From contig NC_068986.1 in assembly GCF_001194135.2 (NCBI RefSeq), positions 100,937,431 through 100,979,829 on the forward strand: a stretch of 42,399 nt of DNA, read 5' to 3'. Position 1 is the stretch's first letter, and each line of letters begins with the position of its first letter. This stretch comes from Octopus bimaculoides. Its lineage: Eukaryota. Below the pieces are notes generated by a model. That model had not been told where the DNA came from. It saw only the letters and a list, made by a program, of their open reading frames with translations, and made no database searches. Shown piece after piece: positions 1 through 11,897 of the stretch. Both the position numbers and the translations under genes were made by a program.

Positions 1-894
1 ATATATATATATATACACGTACACATACATACATATGTGATATAAACACACCGAGATCTTGAATACTAGTACTCTTTCTCTGTACCATCTTCATGAATCT
101 GGCTTTAATGCTTTTTTACGCGTGTTGGCATCTGAAGTTTTAACTTGCTTAACTAACCTATAAATATTCTCGACATATCTACAAAAAGTAAACATTCGCC
201 ATAAAGATTAAAATTACATGCACCATAAAACCTGTTTAAATATTATTTAAAGATTAGCAGAGTCATATATCTATATATTGGTCTATTATGTTAGCATTTA
301 TGGCGTCAATTCTACTCCGTTAATACGTGAGAGACATGAAAAATGTTAAAAATAAAATTAATTCCTTATAATTTACACTTGTTTCAGCAGCATAACGGAG
401 GAAAATGGAAGGTTTATACACTTTAGACATTCGTCGGTTGTGATACTGGCGTGTTGAGAATTGTTCTTCAAACGTTGATATATTTGTTAGCCAATCACAA
501 GATACCACATAATTGATGGTTTTGCGAACGGCTTGATTAGCGTATCCGTAGGGTAGGTTTTCACGATTACACTAGATTTGAATTTAAGGGGAATTAAATT
601 TTTAGCTTTACATTTAGATCCATCAAACCTTTAAAATTAGTTTTATTGTGAATACGTTGAGTAATTGTGATCTAATAATAAAAGTAACAACCTAAACCTA
701 TAAAATTAAAGATTTAATTAATAATGTTAATTAAGTGATATCTGTCTTACTTTTCACATGGATTAATATAACATGGTTTTCAATATTGCAGGGAAACAAT
801 ATAAGATGGTGCCAACGAAGATAGAATACATCATATGCAGACACATATTAAATAGGAAACAAAATATAAGAGGCATATAATCTTCCATATAATT

Positions 895-1260
895 AATTAC
901 TCTTGCGTTCAGTCCCACTGTGTGGCACCCTGGTCAATTTTGTTCAACTACAATCTGGACCAACAAAAGATTTGTAAGTAGACGTTTAGACGGAAACTAA
1001 AAGAAGGTCGTTGTGTACATATAGACACACACCACAGGCAAGCACACGCATGTCCTTGCGTGCCTGTGTTTGCGTCTGTGTGTACGTGCATGGGGTGTAT
1101 CTTTATGTTTGTATTTTTCCCCACCACCGCTTGCAAGCCATTGTTGGTTTTTTAACTTCTCCCAACAGAGCGTTACAGCAAATGACAAATAGAAATACGT
1201 ACCATAATTCTAGGGTTGATTCGTGCGACTAGACTCATCTAGGCGGTTGATTTAATGGAG
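895..1260 (+). mobile_element. Family-A bipartite SINE, old diverged copy (head, internal CA/TG microsatellite, 3' module)
   Basis: 905-1010 (gttcagtcccactgtgtggcaccctgg...tagacggaaactaaaagaaggtcg) aligns by eye with the head of the 41338 copy. About 1015-1110 is CA/TG-rich. 1110-1260 (ccccaccaccgcttgcaagcc...ctagggttgattcgtgcgacta...aggcggt) is a degenerate 3' module. Confidence 0.75.
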
Positions 1261-1801
1261 ATAGTTTGTGGTAACTAACGTTGAGTCAGTAAATATAACC
1301 AGATGATTTGCCTGGTTGCACTGACACGTAATGTTCTCACTGATATATCTCCCACGCAACTAATATCATGTATAGTGCGATCCGTAGATAGATTATGACA
1401 TTTTACATTACTTTCACTATAATATCCACCTAAATATTGACGACTAAATTAACTTCAACACACACAGGCACTCCCAATGTTCTGTAGAAAATCAAAATAT
1501 CACTTGTGAGCATTTTACTAGTTCAGCCGTTTTCTAAAGCCTTACATTGGGAGAGAGAAGTCATACACAAACACACGCTAGTCCTAGTTTCGGAGTACTC
1601 TTCAGTGGTAAATTAACATACTGAACCAAATTCAATAGCAGAACACTACATCACTAAACGTTTTATCTAAATCCTAAAAATGCATAGATTTACAAATTTA
1701 AAAGGTATAAAATTATATCTCAACATTCGCTGACGATAGCTCATAGCGAAGCCGAAAGCAATAGTGTTTAACTATAATAATGATCACCCTGATTGGGGTT
1801 G

Positions 1802-1831
1802 AGCAGCATCCACAGCAGCAGCAGCAGCTGC

Positions 1832-1893
<62 letters not shown>

Positions 1894-1910
1894 CAGCAGC
1901 AGCAGCAGCA
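1802..1910. repeat. Compound trinucleotide microsatellite (CAG)n-(TAG)n-(CAG)n
   Basis: Directly visible; the source of the poly-Ser and poly-Tyr/Cys ORFs. Confidence 0.98.
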
Positions 1911-2009
1911 CTGTAAGGGCATGTGAATTCAAAGTGCAAATTCTAACTCTGCCTATTCTAGTTGACCTTTACGACACGCAGTGGAAACGTTTCATCTAAT
2001 TTTGACATG

Positions 2010-2137
2010 CTGGTCCATGCACAGCACTACATGTACATGAAATGAAGTGTTTTACTGAAGAACACAACTTGCCGCCCAGCTTGGAAATGGAAGCCACGAT
2101 CTGGTGGCCGTGAGTGCAAACCCTAACCACTTGGCCA
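2010..2137 (-). mobile_element. tRNA-derived SINE head fragment related to family C
   Basis: Reverse complement reads TGGCCAAGTGGTTAGGG (A box) ...gatcgtggcttccatttcc (degenerate B box) ...gttgtgttcttcagtaaaacactt, which parallels the head at 8573-8680. Confidence 0.7.
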
Positions 2138-2280
2138 TAAATCGTCACATTATAGTACCTCCTGAACTTAAAGGAGTCCTCAATAATAAATGTCTAACGT
2201 ACCCATGTTCATCCCACATAATTTTCGAGTTTGAAAATATGGGGCAATGCCCTTGCTAAACATATTCCTATCCTCGACCG

Positions 2281-2325
2281 AATACATACATACATACATA
2301 CATACAGACAGACAGACAGACACGC
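2281..2325. repeat. (TACA)n(GACA)n tetranucleotide microsatellite
   Basis: Directly visible. Confidence 0.95.
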
Positions 2326-2489
2326 ACGCCGTTTAAGTGCTACCCTGCTCTGTCAGTCATAGTTAGTGACAATTGCATTTCTGGTTTTTGGTCCAATATT
2401 GCGTACCGACGCCTTTGTTATTGAATAATTTTCACATTGACATCTCGCTAAATCATGTATTGATTGATATGGTAAATACTATATGCTGA

Positions 2490-2940
2490 CAGTTAGGTTT
2501 TCGTCAAACTATCCAACAATGAATTAGTCACCACTCATGGGATTTAGTTTTAAGTATGGTGATCTTGCTCGCTTTGAGGCGTCTATCTCTGCTGTAAGTA
2601 TATAGACATTCTTTGCAGCTCTAAGTGTTTCTTCCGTCCAGTTCTAGCAAAGTAGGTGCTACCCACCGCCGTCACTCACAATTAGGCACAATCGAATTTT
2701 TCAAATTTGGCTGTTTATTGCGGTTAGCTGCCTTGGTTAGTTTATATGCTAGCAGGCGTAACCAGCGTTACCCGGGGTTGTTCATTAAGTATGTTAAGTG
2801 AACCTCTGAACTAAATGAAAAAAATCATAATGGCAGATGTTCCCTTCGTTGTTTGATTTCTTTAGTGCAATAGTGAACATGCAGAGTCATAAGCTCACAC
2901 CATTGTCATTGTATTCAATCGGGACAGTAGGTCGATCTGT
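2490..2940 (-). pseudogene. Possible heavily decayed piggyBac-like (PGBD4-like) transposase C-terminal region
   Basis: Minus-strand fragments occur in the expected order: RPTVPIEYNDNGV (cf. P..I.EYN..KxGVD), TIALKKS, FFHL, SCKEC plus frameshifted YILTAEIDAS (cf. the Cys-rich domain), and LLDSLTKT* (cf. CLDCFxKxH*). There are many stops and frameshifts, the resemblance is from memory, and no TTAA/TIR was found. Confidence 0.4.
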
Positions 2941-3289
2941 AAAAAAAAAAACCGGCAGTAATTGAGTTTATTTTCCTTACTACATTACTGCTGACGTGTG
3001 CTGTTTAGCAGATGGAAAGTTTGAGCCTAACGATATGGCATAAACGGAAATGGTATGTTTACCTGCTGTTTCGCTGGGTTGCACTTACAACGTTATCTGA
3101 ACAAAAAATTTGACGTGTGGCCTGTGCAGAAAAGATGAAAAGTGTAGAATCTGTTGCCTACCTTACAATTGGGGCACTTAACGGAGAGCGTACTGTGAAG
3201 ATTACGCTAATGAAATAAATAAGGTCACAAGGGTATGGTTACCTGCTGTTTTTCTGTTTACTTTTCTTTGTAGCATTTGTTTTCCGACA

Positions 3290-3750
3290 GATATTGGATA
3301 TTTAGCGTTAGGCATGACGGTGTTGGTACACCATTTTACTTCACAAATGCTTTTTAGAAATTGACATTTGTTACATGAGGGTGTTTGATACCGCTGCCCT
3401 CTCATCTGCACCTCTTGCCGCAAAGTTGATTCATATGGGACACTTTACATTAAGAGGTTCAGCTTTAATTTGAAGACACCTACGTCCAACTCGTGCACGT
3501 CTCGCAGGTCCTTCGGGAGGATATTTAAGAGCTGTGGACTTCTGAAGCCCCGGCTATTGCAGTATCTTGTACTATATCTAGATGTCAAATTTGGAGTCCG
3601 TGGCCCCTTGCAGTGGCACCCAGTTCTAATATTTGTGCAACTCTCGCTGTCAAAGTTTGGGACCAGGACCTTCCAGATGTATATTATGACATACTTTCTT
3701 GCTACGCTCTAAGGAATAACGTCTTAATCTCTTGAGTCTTTCACGGCAGC
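3290..3750 (-). mobile_element. 5'-truncated CR1/L2-group LINE 3' end (ORF2 C-terminus and short 3' UTR), decayed
   Basis: Minus-strand translation: CRERLKRLRRYSLERSKK / YVIIYIWKVLVPNFDSESCTNIRTGCHCKGPRTPNLTSRYSTRYCNSRGFRSPQLLNILPKDLRDVHELDVGVFKLKLNLLM*SVPYESTLRQEVQMR. This matches the CR1-group post-RT signature (ERLxxLxLYSLERRR...IYxWKIL; NxLP...FKxxLD). Confidence 0.85.
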
Positions 3751-3754
3751 TTAT

Positions 3755-3819
3755 ATATACATACATATCTATGTATACACATATATTTCTATATCTGTAT
3801 ATTTTATACACACACACAT

Positions 3820-3869
<50 letters not shown>

Positions 3870-3915
3870 GTATGTATAATTATATTCATATAAACGCACA
3901 CACACAAACGTATAT
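3755..3915. repeat. (TA)n/(CA)n microsatellite cluster with a long (CA)n at about 3808-3865
   Basis: Directly visible. Confidence 0.97.
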
Positions 3916-4394
3916 ATGCATCCAAATACACACACAGTTTTCTGGTATATCTGTAAGGAATAATTTGTCCCAGAGCGCGTGGATATACGGCTATAGCTGT
4001 AATAATGTACAAAATTTGTGATATGTATATTGTCCGAGAGTAGTAGAGACTTTAATGTAGACAGAAGCATGAGATTCCGTTCATTTGTTTTCTAGAGGGT
4101 AAAATAAGTGTGACATTGATCTGGCATAATAGAATTTTCATATCAACAGTTCTGTATCGCACTAGAATATTTGATAAAATCGATACCGTACGAAGAGTAA
4201 CAGAGGCAGCAGACCAATTATTTATGGATAGTTAGTCAATAGATACAGAGGCGGATGTCTTTCTCATTTTCACAATCAAAGAGAAAAAAAAATAATTTGA
4301 TGGTACATAAGAGATACAATTTATCTATTTTCTTTCATATACTTAAACATATACATATTCATAAAAGAATATGTTTATACATACACATTTATGC

Positions 4395-4429
4395 ATGCAT
4401 CCATACATAAATATATACAACATATATAA

Positions 4430-4471
<42 letters not shown>

Positions 4472-4850
4472 ACATATATATATATATATATANNNNNNNN
4501 NNNNNNNNNNNNNNNNNNNNNNNNNNNNNNNNNNNNNNNNNNNNNNNNNNNNNNNNNNNNNNNNNNNNNNNNNNNNNNNNNNNNNNNNNNNNNNNNNNNN
4601 NNNNNNNNNNNNNNNNNNNNNNNNNNNNNNNNNNNNNNNNNNNNNNNNNNNNNNNNNNNNNNNNNNNNNNNNNNNNNNNNNNNNNNNNNNNNNNNNNNNN
4701 NNNNNNNNNNNNNNNNNNNNNNNNNNNNNNNNNNNNNNNNNNNNNNNNNNNNNNNNNNNNNNNNNNNNNNNNNNNNNNNNNNNNNNNNNNNNNNNNNNNN
4801 NNNNNNNNNNNNNNNNNNNNNNNNNNNNNNNNNNNNNNNNNNNNNNNNNN
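4395..4850. repeat. (CA)n(TA)n microsatellite running into assembly gap 4493-4850
   Basis: Directly visible. Confidence 0.97.
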
Positions 4851-4889
4851 GAAACTGTATAAAAGCCCGTCATATATATGTATATATAT

Positions 4890-4932
<43 letters not shown>

Positions 4933-5146
4933 TGTGTGTATATATGTATGTCTGTGTTCGCTCCCCCATCTGTCACTTGACAATCGATGTTTGTGTGTTT
5001 ATGTCCCCCTAACTTAGCGGTTCAGCATAAGGGAAAGTTTCCATAAGTAGTAGGCTTACAAAGAATAAGTCCTGGGGGTCGATTTATTCAACTAAAGGCG
5101 GTACTCCACTATGGCTGATTTCAAATGACTGGAACAAGTAAAAGAA
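4851..5146 (+). mobile_element. Family-A SINE (end of head, internal (TA)n, 3' module); 5' part lost in the gap
   Basis: gaaactgtataaaagcccgtcatatat, then (TA)n, then ...ttgacaatcgatg...aacttagcggttc...aagaataagtcctgggggtcgatttattcaactaaaggcggtactcc...aaatgactggaacaagtaaaaga. Confidence 0.92.
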
Positions 5147-6539
5147 TATATACTTACGCACACACATACATATACGTTTTAGTTATATATACCCTTTTTA
5201 CATTTATATTTAAATATTTTAATCGTTGGCTCAGATAATTCACAGCTGATTTTTATTCTTTTGCCCTTTTACTCTGGCTTGGCGCCTCGGTTCAGGGCAT
5301 TTCAATTGAATTCACGATGGATAACGATAACACTCGATATGCACGCGTGACCATTGGAATATGGTATGACTTCAAGTCGTGTAATTATACGTCTCCAGCA
5401 GCTTCTGCTGAAGATTCACAAATAATTAATTTATGAAATTTTTAATGGTGAAACTTTGGTGAAATCGACGTATAAAAATAACTGGTCTTTTTAATTTTCT
5501 CGAATTTTCTTGCCCTCCTACATCCAATATACTACAAATAAGAATGTATTTTTTTGTGGTTTGGGGATTTCACATCTATTTTCAACATGTATGGAGACCA
5601 CTTAGTGTGTTTCTTCTTCGCTTGTAATTTATATACACGCACACACACATATACATATACAGAGGGAGAGAGAGAAACAGAGAGTTGGGGGACATTGGAA
5701 TGTATTTCGTCATGTTTGTTTGGATTTGGAGACTTATCAATATTGAAGGTGTATTTTGGGAATCTACTTCAATCAGGATGTGTTCACATGCCTTAATCCT
5801 TAACATACAAACATATAACATCCCTCGTTTTGCCACAAACAAATCCTTCCTAGTACAGCTATAATGGAAATAGTTCTAGTAATTTTTTTTTAAAGATTCT
5901 ACAACTTGATTCTGATTTTTGAATGCAGACTGATGTTTGAATTCTTTTTTTACAAGTTCTAGCATTTCATATATAGGGGTTGGATGAAAAAGTAACAGTT
6001 CTGCAATAGGAACGAATGTCTTCCTCGTTATATTATTTATTTTCCTCTACCTTTAAATGCTTCTCTCTCGTCCTGTCTCTGTTCCTTACTATCTCTCCTT
6101 GACTTTGCATTCTACATGTGATTTCAAATTTCCAGTCTGTTCACACTGTATCGTGTTAAATTGAATCAGAGAGTTGTTAAACCTAAATCTGACTACGGAC
6201 TATTCAACTACTTACACGATACTTGTAGGAAGTCATGTGACTTAACTTCTGGTTCCTTCACTAAAATGTGCATGCTGTTCAGCGGCGCCTGCTAATAGTT
6301 TAGTGTGTATCATATTGTGTTTGAGCATTTGTGTAAAATGTTTATTTATGTATTGACATGACATATTTCAGTAATGTCAATTATGGCATTATTTTCATGA
6401 TTCCATTGCTTTATATGAAGTCATGTGTTAAGATATTTACACAAAATTACTTAAAATGATATTTTACCAGCATTCCTTCGTCTATCATTATTAAAATCCT
6501 TGATTAGATTTCACAAACTTATAGCACACTAGTTTGTAT

Positions 6540-6710
6540 TGTATTGAGGAATTGCGGAAATTCTATGCCCGGACTACCTTCAGTTTAGATAACTATTTTG
6601 CAAGCACTAGGAAAGAGGGCTATTGACGATGAATATATGTATATGTGCTTGTAATGTATTGAGGAATCGCGGTAAATCTATAGCCAGACTACCTTCAGTT
6701 GAGACCCCTA
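6540..6710. repeat. Imperfect ~55 bp direct duplication (6540-6595 and 6655-6710)
   Basis: tgtattgaggaattgcggaaattctatgcccggactaccttcagtt versus tgtattgaggaatcgcggtaaatctatagccagactaccttcagtt. Confidence 0.9.
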
Positions 6711-6980
6711 TCTAGGTGACTTTCCAAGAAGTACCTCACGTATTGATCTCCGTTTCGCTTATTTATACATTTCATTATTTGCTTGCAACTGGTGGTGTAC
6801 TCCAGAAATACTGAATTAGAACACAGTGAATGTGATTTAAACGGTTTACTACCAGGTGTACTTATATCTTCTTATTTGCCTTTAAACCTCCAACGCGGAG
6901 TATAGGTCACTTACAATTGAATGTCATGTCGCATAATTTTTCGCTTCTCTACTTATAAATGTCCCCTTTCTCAAGCGAAA

Positions 6981-7046
6981 GTAGCGAAAAGTGCTTTACA
7001 GTGGAATCCGGATGGATATTGAAAGAGCGGTAGGCCTAAGAACCAG
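6981..7046 (+). mobile_element. Possible tiny RTE-clade LINE ORF C-terminal scrap
   Basis: Translates VAKSALQWNPDGY*KSGRPKN, resembling the RTE C-terminal motif ALxWNPxGKRxRGRPKxTW. It is very short. Confidence 0.4.
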
Positions 7047-7075
7047 GTGTACACGCAACTTTAAATCTATTACAT

Positions 7076-7387
7076 ACGTATATATNNNNNNNNNNNNNNN
7101 NNNNNNNNNNNNNNNNNNNNNNNNNNNNNNNNNNNNNNNNNNNNNNNNNNNNNNNNNNNNNNNNNNNNNNNNNNNNNNNNNNNNNNNNNNNNNNNNNNNN
7201 NNNNNNNNNNNNNNNNNNNNNNNNNNNNNNNNNNNNNNNNNNNNNNNNNNNNNNNNNNNNNNNNNNNNNNNNNNNNNNNNNNNNNNNNNNNNNNNNNNNN
7301 NNNNNNNNNNNNNNNNNNNNNNNNNNNNNNNNNNNNNNNNNNNNNNNNNNNNNNNNNNNNNNNNNNNNNNNNNNNNNNNNNNNNNNN
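7076..7387. other. TA run followed by assembly gap 7086-7387
   Basis: N-run directly visible. Confidence 0.98.
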
Positions 7388-7481
7388 TAATAAATGTCCT
7401 GGAAATTGCTTTAAGACCTATTTATAAATGTTCTAAAATCTTAACAGCCTTGAATTGTTATCTCATTCTGAAAACAAATGT

Positions 7482-7484
<3 letters not shown>

Positions 7485-7534
<50 letters not shown>

Positions 7535-7650
7535 GTCCGTATATATATATAACTCTGTATATATATATGTGTGATAGTTTTATATTCGTACAATATACTT
7601 GCGTATATGTATATGTATACATACACCGCACAGATGCGTATATATGTATG
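7485..7650. repeat. (TA)n and TATG-rich low-complexity tract
   Basis: Directly visible. Confidence 0.95.
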
Positions 7651-8257
7651 TATATATGGTTGCATAAACCGGTACTTCCTGACAGTGAACATATTTCTTC
7701 TGCAGCTATATTCCTGTTTGTCCTTCGATACGCAATAAACGTCTGTGCACTTCACGAAGAATACGCTAATTCCCTCTGCGTCTTTACAATTTGCATATTA
7801 ACTTATTAATTTTCCTATAAATTCCAAACAAAGACATAACACGTACATGTTTCTTGGAAATGATTGCTAAAATTGCGTTAGTGTTTTTGTTCCTTGTTGA
7901 TCAAATTATAAACGTAATGTATCTCGCATTTAAAGCCATTATGATAAAGTATTTGCTCGTCTAAGAAAGGTAAACTTAACACAGAAAGTAGGCTAACAAA
8001 TTTAGTAGACCAACGGTATATATGCAACTACTCATGAATTAGTTATACCTCTGCAAAAAAGCTTAACTAACACAATAAAAATACGAAGTCCGTTGCGTAA
8101 GCTTTGTGTAATGCAACAATTTGAAAAATGTTGCTTTTGGACAACATTTCATATATTTTCGAATATTTTACACAGTCACTGATATAGCCCCAGTAAAGGT
8201 AAATGGTAACGGTATTGTCATATAGGAATTATATTAATCTTTTGAAGGTAGCCTGCA

Positions 8258-8445
8258 GGCGGTGAGCAGGCAGATTCAAAGTGGGCAAAATGCTTAGCAG
8301 TATTTCGTCCGTCTTTACGTTCTGATTTCAAATTCCATCAAGGTCGACATTCCTTTTCATCTTTTCGGGGTCGATTAAATTAAGTCTCGGTCGAGCACTG
8401 GGGTCGATATAATTGAACTTGCTACACTTGTGCTAAATTTGAAAT
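8258..8445 (+). mobile_element. Family-B tRNA-derived SINE
   Basis: ggcggtgagcaggcag...aaatgcttagcagtatttcgtccgtctttacgttctgatttcaaattcc...ggtcgac...catcttttcggggtcgattaaattaagt...ctggggtcgat; aligns with the copies at 22481, 32077 and 39611. Confidence 0.9.
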
Positions 8446-8474
8446 CAATACTTTATTCTTTCCTGTCTGGTATC

Positions 8475-8549
8475 ATTGTAATTTGTACCATTATACAATT
8501 GTATCATTGTACATTTTTACTATTGTATAATTGTACCAATTGTACTTTT
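8475..8549. repeat. Degenerate (ATTGTAC)-like short tandem array
   Basis: attgtaatttgtaccattatacaattgtatcattgtacatttttactattgtataattgtaccaattgtac. Confidence 0.7.
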
Positions 8550-8572
8550 GCTCCTCGGGTATTTTCTGCCCC

Positions 8573-8959
8573 GTGGAGGCGCAATGGCCCAGTGGTTAGG
8601 GCAGCGGACTCGCGGTCATAGGATCGCGGTTTCGATTCCTAGACCGGGCATTGTGAGTGTTTATTGAGCGAAAACACCTAAAGATCCACGAGGCTCCGGC
8701 AAGGGATGGTGGCGAACCCTGCTGTACTCTTTCACCAGAAATTTCTCTCATTCTTTCTTCCTGTTTCTGGTGTGCCTGTAATTCAAAGGGCCAGTTTTGT
8801 CACACTGTGTCACACAGAATATCCCCGAGAACTAAATTAAGGGTACACGTGTCTGTGGGGTGCTCAGCCACTTGCACGTTAATTTCACGAGTAGGCTGTT
8901 CCGGTGATCGGATCAACTGGAACCCTCGACGTCGTAAGCGACGGAGTTCCAACAACAAC
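8573..8959 (+). mobile_element. Full-length family-C tRNA-derived SINE with (CAA)n tail and 12 bp TSD
   Basis: A box TGGCCCAGTGG, B box GGTTTCGATTCC, tail ccaacaacaac. Flanked by attttctgcccc (8561-8572) and atttcctgcccc (8960-8971), one mismatch. Confidence 0.95.
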
Positions 8960-11848
8960 ATTTCCTGCCCCAAAGCGTATCAAATATGGTGAATGAGAGG
9001 TTATTTTGTGAAATATTGTCTCCAAAATACAGAAGTAATCATGGTCAATGTACAAAATATCATTTCAAATACAGTAATTATGCCAAATTGCAATCCATAC
9101 ACCTGAATACCTAATTTAGCTCCCTGATGAAGAGGATAACTATTACACAAATGAAAGACCTCGTGGCTTAGAAAAGTACACGGCAAAGAAAAACTTGAAC
9201 ATCTAATAGACTATCATATATGGACGTACTTAGTACATAATTACATATTCTCCTCAAAATATGAATATTGACAGAACCCTAATATTGTAAATTGAACATA
9301 GGTTTAGAAGTGTATATGTTAGTTTGAAAGCGCAACATATGTTGACAGGTCTCATCATAGGCCAAACTTTTACCTCTTTGCCTTAGTTAATATAACTGCC
9401 TTAAACAAAAATTATAAAGACTAAAACGTGAATTTATTAGGGTTAAGCTTATTAGTTTTATATATAACGCATTAGATACATCCCACATATTTATGGTTAC
9501 CGTTATTACTGCTACTAATGTTAGTAGATGTATCACTTTATTACAATGGTCGTAAATAAAATATTTCAATATTTTAGTAGTGTGTCAACATACAACTAAT
9601 TAAACTTTAGATGGTCCTCGAGCAATGACTGCAAAATACTAATTACTATGAAACTGTAATAATTTCCGAAAACTGATATCTTCAGCTACCATCACCACAG
9701 ACTATAACACTATTTTATATATATTTAATATTTTGTTTTGCTATGAAATTTGCAATTTTCTTTTCCTTGGCGATTCTTAAAGACATATTTTGTTGATTTC
9801 TGTTTATTTATTTTTCCTTTAGTATTATGAATCCTACTTAAAGTGACAGTTACTTTAGTATATTACTTTTTTATGTGAGAATAAAAAAAAATCAATAATA
9901 CGCTATCAGGATATGTATTTGGTTTGCATAGACCGATTTCGGTGAGAAAAATATAATTAACCGAAACCAAACAAGCTGTCATAAATCTGACCTTTTATTA
10001 GGAAAGATTAACTTTGGAGATAACTTAATGAGATATCAGATAGAGTGAGAAGAAAAAACAACCATACTGCATGTGGAGTAATCAGTAAACAAAACCATAT
10101 TAATAACGGATTATGACACAAGTTATTTTTCTTTTACCTTTTTACAATTTCTCGTTGCAATCAATATACTGATGTGTACTTAATCGACCATGAGCACTTA
10201 CAAACATTGACTGCGAGTTTTGTCACAAATACCAATGAATATCAGATTATTAAGGAATGTTCCGCGCAACACAACCGAAACTTTCCTCACTAATATTCTA
10301 CTATTCACCTGTAATAAGAACACAATTATATATTGGACGTATGGATTTAAAGAAAACAAAATTACGCAGGCAATAACATGTTGTACTGGTAAGTTCTGCA
10401 CAATTTTCATACATCATATTCACTTTCTTTTTGAGCTGAAAGAAGATACAGTAGACGTAAAAGTGTCCAGTCGCATTGGTATTGTAAAACATCAAATTAG
10501 CTAGTCTCTTACTACATGTCAATTTAATATTTAGTGTGTTTACTTCATGACTCTCGGGTATGCTGCATCTTAGATTTTTTCTGTATACGGACAACCCTAG
10601 TGACATTAACGTCTTAATGAGTGAATTGGTGTATTTTCAGTTTTGGCTGTGGAAAGAAATGGTGGTTCATTTGTAAAGTAGGTTGTTTTATTGAAGGATA
10701 TATGTTTTAAGAGTAGAGTATTATTATGACTCACACATATGTTGTAACATCTTAGAAAATTGACATTACAAAAATCCACTAACGAAAACTCTACGCTTTG
10801 AAGAACAATCTACAAACTTGGAAGAAATGCCGAGACATGAGGTAATACATAATACATGACATCTAAATACAAGATATCTAAAAGAAAACAGGATTTTCAT
10901 TACTTGAATGCATTTCATCGTTAGATTCCTCTCTCCCAGTTCATCGTGGATAGCGCAACATCAGCGTCGGCGTAGTAAACTTTTTAATACCATAATTTAT
11001 ATGTTGAAGGACATGAAGAAGAAATTCGATATATGTTATTGTAAATATGTTGAAATAACAAGATATGGTCTGCTAAAGTATCCAGTCACATAATATGATA
11101 TTATACCGTTTAAAAGCAAGGACATTATAAGTAGTACTCGAAACACTTGAAGAAAGTTTCCCAACATATTACTTGTGCCGGCAACACTTTCTCATGATTA
11201 TTATTACACATTTAATCTATCTATATTTCGATAGAATATTACTGGAAATGAGCAAAGTAGATTACATTCGACACTGTATCTTAGAAGCTAACTGTGCTAT
11301 TATTACATGCATTTCCCAGTATATCTACTTATTGAAAAAAGTTGTGCGAATCGATGATTTAATGTATCCAAGGGCACGTATTTTAAAATTTCCCTTTTAC
11401 AACAAAGGTGAATTTAGTGAAACCCACCGCACTGCAGGATGTTATCCATTATAGTTTAAACCTTTAAGTTGTGAATTTCATTTAGCAGATTAAATTTCTA
11501 TATCTCTCGAATACACAACGGAGCTTTTAATAATGCATTCAAACTCGGTTACACCAATTCACACTTTCACGTCTAGCCATTGATGTAAATTGTATCGCAT
11601 ACGTTTTGTAGGCTGATGCAGAAAGGTGCTGTGATATACCAGGTCATAAATAATAAGATTGAATACCTCGATCACCTATATGTAAATCCATACGCGTTGA
11701 AGATATCTAATATCATCAAACCATTTCTTTACAGCGTCTACTGGAAATATAATGGTAAAATAAATATCTAACGAGTAAAAAGAAATAGAATAATTTTGTT
11801 GCCGACATGTATGCTATTAATCATAATACGAGAGATGAATAATCCGCG

Positions 11849-11851
<3 letters not shown>

Positions 11852-11892
<41 letters not shown>
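11852..11892. repeat. (TA)n microsatellite
   Basis: Directly visible. Confidence 0.98.

Positions 11893-11897
<5 letters not shown>

Noticed and set aside
1713-1999. Poly-Ser and poly-Tyr/Cys ORFs
   Set aside because: Translations of the (CAG)/(TAG) microsatellite with no flanking coding signal.
3089-3096. 8 nt microexon candidate (-) with strong splice sites
   Set aside because: Frame-shifting length, and it lies in probable transposon debris.
5975-6005. taggggttggatgaaaaagtaa, a mariner-TIR-like motif
   Set aside because: No partner TIR or transposase sequence seen nearby.
8573-8650. tRNA gene (A and B boxes, Arg-like appearance)
   Set aside because: It continues into a ~310 nt body with a (CAA)n tail and TSD, so it is a SINE head rather than a tRNA.
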